From an uncultured Candidatus Saccharibacteria bacterium (GTDB lineage: Bacteria; Patescibacteriota; Minisyncoccia; JACPXH01): DNA of 64,000 nucleotides. The position numbers and the translations under genes are program-made. Below are positions 55,663-64,000 of this stretch, piece by piece. The stretch lies in contig CAYPCM010000001.1 of the NCBI GenBank assembly GCA_964409225.1, positions 32,173 to 96,172 of the forward strand, written 5' to 3'. Position 1 is the first letter of the stretch. Every line of letters begins with the position of its first letter. The notes below the pieces were generated by a model, which did not search any database, was not told the origin of the DNA, and worked only from the letters and a program-made list of their open reading frames with translations.

Positions 55663-56737
55663 TATGAATATCAAAACTTTATACGAACAACTTAGGGATG
55701 GGAAAATTATCAGCGACATAGAACTCCAAAGAGAGATAGTTTATGATACCGAAAAACAAATGCTAGTTATAGACAGTATCGTTAATGGGATTCCGTTGCC
55801 TGCTTTTTATTTTTGGAAAAATGACGAAGGAATTTTGGAAGTATTGGACGGCAAACAAAGAATAGAAGCCATTAAAAAATTTATTGAAAACGACATCCAA
55901 TATCAGGATAAGTTATGGAAACAAACGGACAAAAAAATTCAAGACATAATCAATAATGCCGAGCTTTCAATCATTGTTTGTGGAGGTAAAGAACAATTAA
56001 AAAGGGAGATATTTAGAAGAATTAATACTCTGGGTGTTCCACTTTCTCCTTATGAAGTTTTGAACGGCCTTTTTCATGGCGAGTATTTAAGGGGTTTAAC
56101 TGTTTATGTCGGGCAAGATAGGGATGCACTGAAAGTTCTAAACGCCAACAGCCGAGGTAAAAATCAATATAGAATTTTGCAATTATTGATGGAATTGAAA
56201 AATTTGCCGAAAGATGCGCAGAGTATAAACGACCATGTGAATTCAAATCAGAAAAAATCTTTTGCTGATGACCAAAGGGAGGTTGGTAAATATATCAAAT
56301 TCGTCAGAGACATATTTGATGATTACGGCCAATTAGACATTTATTTTAACTTGGCGAGAAAATATTTTAAGGACGCGGTTATATGGAAACAAAACAAGGA
56401 CGAAATCAATTCTCGCGTCAAAAGATATTTAAAAAGCGATGACGCTAAATTGACGGATAAAGCAAAAGAAATAGAAGATATTATTCAAGCCATTGTAAAT
56501 AATATCAGTGTTGATGATAAAAGGTTATTTTCAAGCGATGACAAAAAGGAATTTTTGAGGAAAAAGAAGCCGAATAAAGAGAAAAAATATCAATGTGCGG
56601 ACTGCAAAAAGTATTTTTATGCCGAGGAATTAACAATGGATCATGTAGACCCGTGGAGTAAAGGCGGCAGAACCGAACTTTCAAACGCTGAACTACGATG
56701 CCGTCCTTGCAATATTAAAAAGGGCAATAGAAGTTAG
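55652..56737 (+). CDS. DUF262 (GmrS-like) plus HNH endonuclease fusion
   Basis: LQRE, LDGKQR, IFRRINT; C-terminal CADC...DHVDPWSKGGRT..N...CRPCN. Confidence 0.9.
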   Translation: MKNNMNIKTLYEQLRDGKIISDIELQREIVYDTEKQMLVIDSIVNGIPLPAFYFWKNDEGILEVLDGKQRIEAIKKFIENDIQYQDKLWKQTDKKIQDIINNAELSIIVCGGKEQLKREIFRRINTLGVPLSPYEVLNGLFHGEYLRGLTVYVGQDRDALKVLNANSRGKNQYRILQLLMELKNLPKDAQSINDHVNSNQKKSFADDQREVGKYIKFVRDIFDDYGQLDIYFNLARKYFKDAVIWKQNKDEINSRVKRYLKSDDAKLTDKAKEIEDIIQAIVNNISVDDKRLFSSDDKKEFLRKKKPNKEKKYQCADCKKYFYAEELTMDHVDPWSKGGRTELSNAELRCRPCNIKKGNRS

Positions 56738-56740
56738 ATT

Positions 56741-57877
56741 ATGAATTCTAAAATTATTATCAAGGCCAATTTACCTTTTTGTTTATATAGATTAGATGAA
56801 AGATATTTTCAAATTGACCCTCAAACACGCATCCGTTTTTTAAAAGAAAAAATAGAGCCAAGCAGAAGGACAAGCTCATCAAAAAATGTTGAGTTTTTAA
56901 ATGATAGATGGGGCTGGGATGGTTTTTCTAAAGTAGAAATTGAAACAGAAAAAGAAATTGATTTAGAAAATTCAACATCGGAAAAAGCACAAAAATTTGC
57001 TATAAAAATCATTAACGAGTTCATCAATCTTTATAGATATTTTGATGAAAATGCTGTCCACTTTGTTAAACTTATAGAATCTGATTTATTAGAATTTTCT
57101 GTGGAGAAAAATGGTCATGGGATGTTTGCGATGCCGTTGCACATGACAGTTTTAGACCCTAAGAAAATTTCAGCAGTAAGTAGTAGCATAGAGAGGGCGT
57201 TAAGTGATGAATACAAAATCCCCTTATGGAGAGAACTTATACTTAATGCCGAACATTACTGTTATATCGGAGATTTTAGAATGGCAATTTTGGAAAGCGT
57301 GACTGCATTGGAATTAGTAATTTCTAGATTTATAAGTGGTGAGTTATCAGCGGCCGGTGTTCAAGAAAAAGAAATTAAAGAGTTTATTAAGGAAACTGGC
57401 GTAGCAAAGGGGCTTAATGTTGTGATTCGGCTTTTAGTAGGAAAAAGTGGAATACCGAATGAATTATTTGAAAAATGCAAAGGTACTATAACTAAACGAA
57501 ACAAGATAGTTCATGAGGGAAGAAAAGAAATAGATTATCAAAGCACTAAAGATTCCATTATCGCCATATATCAGCTTATTCAGCTTTTATTGGAAAAGGG
57601 TCGAGATATGGATGAATTAAGAGATAATTATAGACAAATTATGAAATTTGAAGAATACTTAAAAACTGTTGTACCGAAGATTGGTCCAAATGCCGCTTTT
57701 GACCTTTCAAGAGATGCACGCACAACGGCAATCGAAAACATCTTGGTGGATAAAAAAGTAGCAACAAAAGAAGAAATTGAAACTGCAGTTGAAAACGAGT
57801 TATCAAAAAGCGCCGAGAATATTTTGCGTATGCCACCCTTGCCAAAGGATGAACCTAAGGAAGCTCCGCAAAAATGA
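56741..57877 (+). CDS. hypothetical protein with HEPN-like RxxxxH motif
   Basis: AILESVTALE...KRNKIVHEG; AT-rich like its neighbours. Confidence 0.6.
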   Translation: MNSKIIIKANLPFCLYRLDERYFQIDPQTRIRFLKEKIEPSRRTSSSKNVEFLNDRWGWDGFSKVEIETEKEIDLENSTSEKAQKFAIKIINEFINLYRYFDENAVHFVKLIESDLLEFSVEKNGHGMFAMPLHMTVLDPKKISAVSSSIERALSDEYKIPLWRELILNAEHYCYIGDFRMAILESVTALELVISRFISGELSAAGVQEKEIKEFIKETGVAKGLNVVIRLLVGKSGIPNELFEKCKGTITKRNKIVHEGRKEIDYQSTKDSIIAIYQLIQLLLEKGRDMDELRDNYRQIMKFEEYLKTVVPKIGPNAAFDLSRDARTTAIENILVDKKVATKEEIETAVENELSKSAENILRMPPLPKDEPKEAPQK

Positions 57878-57976
57878 CCTAATGCGGCGCGCCAGCTTCG
57901 CTGGCACGAAATTCGGCGGCGGCGGAAAAAATTGTAATCGGAAAGCGAGGGCGGGCAAAAATTCCTTCCCCCCAAC

Positions 57977-58071
57977 CCCCTTCCTTTTTGCCCGCCCGAG
58001 CGAAAATTATCAGAAATCAGCGTCCGGATTTTCTCGGAAAAAAGTTCGGATTTTGTCCAAGACAGACAGCA
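57977..58071. repeat. about 95-bp imperfect direct repeat, copy 1
   Basis: CCCCTTCC.TTTTGCCCGC...TCAGAAATCAGC...GGATTTTCTCGG...GGATTTTGT...GACAGACAGCA, matches 61065-61160. Confidence 0.8.
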
Positions 58072-58198
58072 TAATTGGTTTCCGCCAAAGGCGGAAAAGA
58101 AAAAGTCGGCTCGAACCCCCTGCTCGCGGAGCGAGCGGTTTCGGTTTCGTTCAAAAAGGGCAGACAGCCAGCGAGGACAAGAGCCGAGGTGCCCTCGA

Positions 58199-58227
58199 TT
58201 GACACGCGATGCCGAGATCTGTATCAT
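58199..58227 (+). promoter_or_regulatory. putative sigma70 promoter of TA operon
   Basis: TTGACA-17 bp-TATCAT. Confidence 0.7.
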
Positions 58228-58265
58228 CCAAATATATGAAAACACAATTCCATGGAGGGAGCGCC

Positions 58266-58556
58266 ATGCCGGCGGTCAAGATCGGGGTGAGCCGACAGGT
58301 GGTCATCCCCAAGAAGCTCCACGACGAACTCGGGCTCACGCCCGGGGACTACCTCGAAGTCGAGCTCGAGCGCGGCAAGCTCGTGCTCACGCCGAAAACC
58401 CTCGTTGATAAAGCGATTGAGCAGCGGCTCGCCGAGAGCTTCGAGGATTTCCGGCGGGGCCGCACCCACGGGCCGTTCCCTTCAGCCAAGGAGGCGATCC
58501 GCTTCTTGCATACTGAGGTGAAGCGAAGAAGGGGAAAGAAGTCTAAAGCGGCGTAA
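58266..58556 (+). CDS. AbrB/MazE-family antitoxin
   Basis: RQVVIPKKLHDELGLTPGDYLEV; SD GGAGG. Confidence 0.85.
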   Translation: MPAVKIGVSRQVVIPKKLHDELGLTPGDYLEVELERGKLVLTPKTLVDKAIEQRLAESFEDFRRGRTHGPFPSAKEAIRFLHTEVKRRRGKKSKAA

Positions 58557-58801
58557 TGCGCCCCCACTTTTCCGAAGGTTTCGTCCGCAGCTACGCGAAC
58601 GCTCCCGCGCACGTGCAGCGAGCTTTCGATCGGAAACTGACCTTCCTGCTTCAGAATCTCCATCATCCCTCGCTTCGCGCGAAGAAGTACGATGAAACCC
58701 GCGGCATTTGGCAGGCGCGGGTGAGTCGCAACTGGCGGTTCTATTTCACGATCGAGGGCGACGCTTGCCACCTCCATGAGATCATGGCGCACCCGAAGTA
58801 G
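58556..58801 (+). CDS. RelE-like toxin
   Basis: HPSLRAKK, WQARVSRNWRFYF; TAATG coupling. Confidence 0.8.
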   Translation: MRPHFSEGFVRSYANAPAHVQRAFDRKLTFLLQNLHHPSLRAKKYDETRGIWQARVSRNWRFYFTIEGDACHLHEIMAHPK

Positions 58802-58827
58802 GGCCCGACGACTTCAAGGGACAACAA

Positions 58828-59232
58828 ATGTTTCAAATCAAAACAATAGAAGACATCCCAATTGCGTATGTGGCGAAACAAGGCCACCCTGCTGTTGTTG
58901 CGGGCAGGGCATTTTGGGAATTGGAGCAACGCGTACCGCTCAAGGGAAATAAGTTTTACGGAGTTTTTGACGAGCGCACGAACGAATACCGGGCCTGCGT
59001 GGCGCTAAGCGAAGCGAATCAGGATTCAGCCCAAGGTCTAAATCGCGGAGTTATCCAAGGCGGAGCGTATGCGTATACCACTATCGTGGGGGATTATCGG
59101 GACATCGTTCGTCAGGTTGGCCCCGCGTTCGACGAGCTTGCCCGAAGTTACCGGCGAGATCCCGCGAGGCCGTGTGTTGAGTTTTATAAACGCCACACGG
59201 AAGTTCTTGTGATGCTTCCGGTACAACAATAG
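58828..59232 (+). CDS. GyrI-like small-molecule binding protein
   Basis: FYGV..EYRACV, IQGGAYA, RPCVEFY. Confidence 0.7.
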   Translation: MFQIKTIEDIPIAYVAKQGHPAVVAGRAFWELEQRVPLKGNKFYGVFDERTNEYRACVALSEANQDSAQGLNRGVIQGGAYAYTTIVGDYRDIVRQVGPAFDELARSYRRDPARPCVEFYKRHTEVLVMLPVQQ

Positions 59233-59245
59233 TTGATTTTACCCA

Positions 59246-59719
59246 ATGGCCAAAGACAGAAATAAAGCCGTGCCGGCGGTCTACCTGCTTCTGAGAAAAG
59301 GGGAGGATATTTTGCTTATGCGGCGACAGGGTTCTGGCTATTATGACGGTTGGTACTCGGTGCCCGCAGGACATGTTGAAGCCGGAGAGTTGCCACTTGG
59401 TGGGTTGATACGAGAAGCTGGCGAGGAACTCGGCATAGCCGTTGATCCCAAAGACGCCAAACTGGTGCATACGATGTACCGAACCAAGCACGACGAGACC
59501 GGCGATAGGGTGGATATGTTTTTTGTCGTGAGCAAATGGTCGGGAGAAATTACGAACGTGGAACCGCACAAATGCGGCGATATCCGTTGGTTTCCCGTCA
59601 AGGAACTGCCGGAAAATGTGATGCATCATGTTCGAGACGCAATTAAAGATGTTGAGCTTAGCATTCAATATTCGGAGCTGGATTTGCCCCACATCACCTT
59701 GAACCCACCAAAACCGTGA
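59246..59719 (+). CDS. NUDIX hydrolase
   Basis: PAGHVEAGE.....IREAGEELG; EPHKC. Confidence 0.92.
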   Translation: MAKDRNKAVPAVYLLLRKGEDILLMRRQGSGYYDGWYSVPAGHVEAGELPLGGLIREAGEELGIAVDPKDAKLVHTMYRTKHDETGDRVDMFFVVSKWSGEITNVEPHKCGDIRWFPVKELPENVMHHVRDAIKDVELSIQYSELDLPHITLNPPKP

Positions 59720-59773
59720 TCTGGTCGAGGTGCCTTGGTTTGATTTAATCGATCGACACCAGTTTTCTACGTC

Positions 59774-60973
59774 ATGAAACAACAAACACAACAGCCCACC
59801 TCAGGTTTTTATGGCCTTGGCATTGCGCCGGGGCTGCTTGAGATTTTGGAGAAACTTCGCTATGCAACCCCGACCCCGATTCAGCGCCAGGCGATTCCGA
59901 TTGCGATTCAGGGCAAAGACGTGGTGGGCGTGGCGCAAACCGGAACCGGGAAAACCCTCGCATTTGGCATCCCCATGATTCAAATTCTCGCTCGAACCAA
60001 AGGGCGGGGCCTGGTATTGGTGCCCACACGAGAACTCGCGCTCCAGGTTGATGAGATGTTGCACGCGGTCGGCCGCTCTCTGGGGCTGCGGACCGCGGTC
60101 CTCATCGGCGGCGCTTCGATGAGGCCGCAGATCCAAGCGATCGAAAAGAACCCGCACATCATCGTCGCCACTCCCGGCCGGCTGATCGACCATTTGCATC
60201 AGAAGACGGTTGCGCTTGGGGGTGTGCGCATACTGGTGCTTGACGAGGCGGATCGCATGCTTGACATGGGGTTTTTGCCGCAGGTTCAGAAGATTCTCCA
60301 CGCCGTTCCCAAAGATCGCCAAACCATGTTGTTTTCGGCCACGCTTTCGTCCGAGATCATGCAGGTCGCAACGGCCAACATGAAGCTCCCGATCCGCATT
60401 GAAATCGCGCCTTCCGGCACCACGGTTGAGCGCGTAACCCAAGAGCTTTTTGTGGTCAAGCGTGACGCGAAGAATCGGTTGCTTGAGATTGTGTTGGCCG
60501 AGCACGCGGGGTCGGCGCTTGTGTTCACCCGCACAAAATACGGCGCCAAACGCATTACCAAGGCAGTGCGCGCCATGGGGCATAGCGCTGCCGAAATCCA
60601 CTCAAATCGCTCGCTCGGGCAGCGCCGCGATGCACTGGATGGGTTCAAGTCCGGCAAATATCGGGTGCTGGTTGCCACCGACATCGCGGCTCGCGGGATT
60701 GACGTCGTCGGGATCGAGCTCGTGTTGAATTACGATCTGCCGGCGCATTCCGAAGATTACGTGCACCGGATCGGCCGCACGGCCCGAGCAGGAGCCGAGG
60801 GGCATGCGATATCATTCGTGCTGCCCGAAGAGCAGCGCGAGGTGCGCAACATCGAGCGGCTCATCAGGAAGAGTCTGCGCGTCTCGCCCCTCCCGAAGCT
60901 GCCGCCGGAGCGAATGCCGGAACAGACACCGCGTCATCGACCTGGAACGCGGCCGTTTCATCGGCGGCGTTGA
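59774..60973 (+). CDS. DEAD-box RNA helicase (RhlE-like)
   Basis: AQTGTGKT, PTRELA, DEAD, SAT, ARGID, HRIGRTAR. Confidence 0.97.
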   Translation: MKQQTQQPTSGFYGLGIAPGLLEILEKLRYATPTPIQRQAIPIAIQGKDVVGVAQTGTGKTLAFGIPMIQILARTKGRGLVLVPTRELALQVDEMLHAVGRSLGLRTAVLIGGASMRPQIQAIEKNPHIIVATPGRLIDHLHQKTVALGGVRILVLDEADRMLDMGFLPQVQKILHAVPKDRQTMLFSATLSSEIMQVATANMKLPIRIEIAPSGTTVERVTQELFVVKRDAKNRLLEIVLAEHAGSALVFTRTKYGAKRITKAVRAMGHSAAEIHSNRSLGQRRDALDGFKSGKYRVLVATDIAARGIDVVGIELVLNYDLPAHSEDYVHRIGRTARAGAEGHAISFVLPEEQREVRNIERLIRKSLRVSPLPKLPPERMPEQTPRHRPGTRPFHRRR

Positions 60974-61064
60974 GCTGCGTGGACGTATCTTCGCCGCACA
61001 GATCCATCATGAAAGCCTTCCTTGAGCACATCCCATTGAATGTATCGGATCCGAAAATCTCTTT

Positions 61065-61160
61065 CCCCTTCCCTTTTGCCCGCACGAGTGTAGTTTTTCA
61101 GAAATCAGCATCAGGATTTTCTCGGGGAAAAAGTTAGGATTTTGTTCAGGACAGACAGCA
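61065..61160. repeat. about 95-bp imperfect direct repeat, copy 2
   Basis: Matches 57977-58071. Confidence 0.8.
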
Positions 61161-61165
61161 GGGAT

Positions 61166-61423
61166 ATGAGCATTTACGAAAAGCTATCGGATAGCGAGAT
61201 CATTCGAGCCGCCTATAATCCACCTGGTTCGCCAGCGGTCGCGGCGAATGTTGAGATGATGCGCCGACTAAAGGATTCGCTCATCGCACAGCAAAACTCG
61301 GCGAATGAACTCACCGAACGGATTCGGAAGCTGAATGCCTGACTCTTGTGGTTCACGATCGCGATTCTCGCCCTGACAGTGGTACAGGTACTCGTCGTCT
61401 TGAAGGTTATCGCACTTCCTTGA
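61166..61423 (+). pseudogene. small coiled-coil plus TM protein interrupted by TGA
   Basis: ...TERIRKLNA*LLWFTIAILALTVVQVLVVLKVIALP; TGA at 61340-61342. Confidence 0.55.
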
Positions 61424-61549
61424 CCCGATCCTGGTGCGGCAGCTCGTGCTCCGGGGTCTATTCTGGTTGACCCACAGACGAGCCAGGCACGCGGGGGTTT
61501 TCTGTTTGGGCGGGTTCAGTATAGGCTGTGTCTGGATATGTTGCTTCGC

Positions 61550-61882
61550 ATGACACCGCAGCCTTTTGCGGGTACCGGCGAGCGCCGGTACCTTTGGACT
61601 CGCCATGCGCGCGAGAAGATGCGGCAGTATCGTCTGTCGGAATCGCGCGTGCGGCGCATCATCCGCCATCCCGAACGAATTGAAGAGGGGATTGCGCCGA
61701 ACACGGTTGCGGCAATGCAGCAGGCGTCTTCGCGGCGCCGGCAGGAACTCTGGACGATGTACCGGCTGGTGCCTGGACGCAAGCTGATCAAAATTATCAC
61801 CGCCTGGCGCTATCCGGGCGAGAGCCCGAAGCGAAATCCCATACCGCCTGCGATTCTCCGTGAAATCCGTTCGTTGCTTTGA
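61550..61882 (+). CDS. DUF4258-like protein
   Basis: WTRHAREKM, IKIITAWRYPG. Confidence 0.7.
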   Translation: MTPQPFAGTGERRYLWTRHAREKMRQYRLSESRVRRIIRHPERIEEGIAPNTVAAMQQASSRRRQELWTMYRLVPGRKLIKIITAWRYPGESPKRNPIPPAILREIRSLL

Positions 61883-61968
61883 ATTGTTCTCGCGGTAGCC
61901 GGCAGATCGCGCGCACTATTGCTATAAATAAGAGGCGCCGTCCACGCTTGAGCGTGGACGGCGTTTCG

Positions 61969-62580
61969 CTATGGATACGCGTACGATATGGAACGATCAA
62001 GCTCGTATCGAGCGATCTGGCTGCAGGAAAGAAGCGTGCCGCTCAATCCGGCCCAGCCACCTTCGAGCGTCACCACGCCGTTGGCAGAAACGATGCCGCT
62101 CGCTATGGTAAAGCCAATTCCTGTGCCAGCGGCGTTGAACGCGTTAAACGTGAATCCGATGCTTTTGAGCTGTCCGGTTCGGTTACGCACTCGTAGCTGT
62201 AATAGGCAGCCCGAGAAGTAACCTGGCGTAAGCGATTCGGCTTCGATGACGACCCCGTTGAGCTCTACACCTACGTGTCCGCCGGTCGAGCCGCCGCCAC
62301 CGCCGACGGGCGTCGCCGAGATCGGCATCAGCACGTTCGCGAGCGGGTTCCATTCGAAGCGTACGGCGTAGGTGCCTGGCGGGTAGCCCGGCACATTCGG
62401 GCTCAGGATCGTGACGGGACTGATCGTGATTCGGAGGCCGTATAGCGTGTTCCACGGCTCGACCTGGATCGTGGCGCCTGCGCTCATCTCGATGTTGATC
62501 GCGAACGCCGGCGCCGCTGCTGCGCCCACGAGGCACGCGAGCACGGTTCCAAGCAGTAGATTTCTCCTGGCCATTGCCAT
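61969..62580 (-). CDS. secreted hypothetical protein
   Basis: Signal peptide ending APAFA; Gly linker; C-terminal Ig-like domain. Confidence 0.7.
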   Translation of the reverse strand: MAMARRNLLLGTVLACLVGAAAAPAFAINIEMSAGATIQVEPWNTLYGLRITISPVTILSPNVPGYPPGTYAVRFEWNPLANVLMPISATPVGGGGGSTGGHVGVELNGVVIEAESLTPGYFSGCLLQLRVRNRTGQLKSIGFTFNAFNAAGTGIGFTIASGIVSANGVVTLEGGWAGLSGTLLSCSQIARYELDRSISYAYP

Positions 62581-62696
62581 CCCTCCTCTGTGTTGGTTTC
62601 CTCCTGTTTCGATCAAAAGGACTCCATTCCGCTATATACTCTGCTGGAGAGGTGCGGTCAAGCGGGGTTGCAAAGCAGGGGAGCCCAACGTACGGT

Positions 62697-63530
62697 ATGT
62701 TCATGGCGCAGTTTTCGATTTTGACGCTCAACCTCCGGCACGGTCAGGGGCCACGGGTCGCTGCTGGCGAGGCGCCGTGGTCCTTTGGCCAGCGTCGCGC
62801 AACCATGCGCGCCCATGCGGCGGCGATCGGTTCGTTCATCGGGCAGATGACGCCGCAGCCGGATATCGTGTGTCTGCAGGAGACGAATGCTGCCGCGTTT
62901 TTTTGGCCGGATATTCTTAGTATTATTCGCGAAAGGTCTGGCTATCAATACGTAGCGGCTTCTCCCCAAAAAGTTTTGCCGCATAATAATGGAATTTTAA
63001 GTCGGTTTCCATTCAATCGCGTGGTCTCGCGCCAGTTTCGCAAACTGCCGATGGTTATGGCGGGGTGGCGCGCGATATGCTATTCAATCAACCGTGGGTT
63101 TGTCGCAGCAGAAATCGAGGGGGTCGGGACTGTCGTTTCGACGCACCTCGATCCATATGTTCCCGCGCTGCGGTTTGGCCAAGCGCGCGAGCTGCGGCAA
63201 GCGCTGCCGGCGCGCAATATCATCATCACCGGAGATTTCAATCCGTTGACGTGGGATGAAGAGTCGCTCAAGGTGGCGGGGGAAGGGCTTACGACGGCGC
63301 CGCCGATTGATGCAGAACACTTCGCGTCGTTCGCAACTTGGCCAGCCCCGTTAGAAACCCAGTTTCTAACGGGGCCAGCTGGCGTAATGTCCACCGAAGT
63401 AGTACCAGAATGCCGGCTCGATTACGTGCTCGTTTCGCCGGGCTTGCGCTTCGTCTCTGCCGAGCGCGTGTTCACCGGCCACACGGATCATTACGGTGTC
63501 GTAGTTACCGTTGAAAGGCGCTCGCCATGA
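62697..63530 (+). CDS. endonuclease/exonuclease/phosphatase family protein
   Basis: TLN, DIVCLQE, STHL, ITGDFN, RLDYV, TDH. Confidence 0.9.
   Translation: MFMAQFSILTLNLRHGQGPRVAAGEAPWSFGQRRATMRAHAAAIGSFIGQMTPQPDIVCLQETNAAAFFWPDILSIIRERSGYQYVAASPQKVLPHNNGILSRFPFNRVVSRQFRKLPMVMAGWRAICYSINRGFVAAEIEGVGTVVSTHLDPYVPALRFGQARELRQALPARNIIITGDFNPLTWDEESLKVAGEGLTTAPPIDAEHFASFATWPAPLETQFLTGPAGVMSTEVVPECRLDYVLVSPGLRFVSAERVFTGHTDHYGVVVTVERRSP
63342..63378. mobile_element. MITE family A, minimal in-frame copy (29-bp core, CCAG duplication)
   Basis: CCAG-CCCCGTTAGAAAC-CCA-GTTTCTAACGGGG-CCAG. Confidence 0.85.
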
Positions 63531-64000
63531 CGGACGAACTCGTCACACTCCTCGGGTTGTTCCAATCGTCCCACTACGACCGCGCGGTGTTCCGGTCGTG
63601 GTTAGCGCGGCATCCGACCCCGGCCGACTGGGCGCTGTTCCGGGATCGCGTCAAGCTCGTCTGGACCCGCAAGGCCCGGATGCTGTCGTGGGTGGCGCGG
63701 ATTGTTTCGCTCGGCCGTACCAGTCGTCTCCCGCAGGCGGTTCTTCTTGCCCAGCAGCTCCTGCGCCCCGTTGAAGCGGCGGCGACATGGTGGCTTGCTC
63801 AACTCGCACGTCGCACCCTTCGTCGGGCCCGGCCGGTCGTGATCGGCATTGTGGGGAGCTACGGGAAGACGACGACGAAAGAGATTCTCGCTCACGTGCT
63901 CTCGGGGCATTTTCGGGTGCACCGGACGCCGGAGAACGTGAATACGCTGTTGGGTATTGCGGCTTGGCTGCGGCGTCTCGCCATCGAGCCCGAGGGCGTA
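63527..64000 (+). CDS. Mur ligase family protein (MurF-like), N-terminal part, truncated by window end
   Basis: VIGIVGSYGKTTTKEILAHVL...TPENVNTLLG. Confidence 0.85.
   Translation, partial: MTDELVTLLGLFQSSHYDRAVFRSWLARHPTPADWALFRDRVKLVWTRKARMLSWVARIVSLGRTSRLPQAVLLAQQLLRPVEAAATWWLAQLARRTLRRARPVVIGIVGSYGKTTTKEILAHVLSGHFRVHRTPENVNTLLGIAAWLRRLAIEPEGV

Noticed and set aside
61340-61342. UGA recoding (genetic code 25 or 4)
   Set aside because: secY, galT, recJ and prfB end at TGA at the expected positions, RF2 is present, and conserved genes have no internal TGA apart from the prfB frameshift site.

Overview
A 64 kb chromosomal segment, fairly GC-rich, most consistent with a Patescibacteria/CPR (Parcubacteria-like) genome. 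This is an inference from gene content, many core genes with weak or no SD, a DUF4012 protein and a tRNA-adjacent LAGLIDADG gene. Standard genetic code. Housekeeping genes: secY, adk, map, yqgF, galT, tpiA, pgk, recJ, idi, rnhA, murJ, lepA, prfB with its +1 frameshift, ftsEX, a DEAD-box helicase and a Mur ligase. Accessory content: secreted and surface proteins, five toxin-antitoxin modules (one toxin broken), a glycan synthesis cluster, a DsbA/Cys-rich cluster, three tRNAs and an AT-rich defence island at tRNA-Gln. The most striking signal is a set of small palindromic elements. (1) AT-rich hairpins with 7-bp periodicity, found intergenically, in frame in lepA, twice inside a roughly 907-nt RNase P RNA, and as 36-bp inverted arms around a four-helix-bundle (23S-IVS/Avd-like) gene that is a candidate partner protein. 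(2) A CCCCGTTAGA...TCTAACGGGG MITE with 4-bp target duplications, inserted at the TTGA of sigma70 -35 boxes and in frame in a protein. (3) A CAGACCGTCCGAAAA 120-bp MITE. (4) REP-like units, often nested inside the others. No transposase, integrase, reverse transcriptase or CRISPR array is visible.
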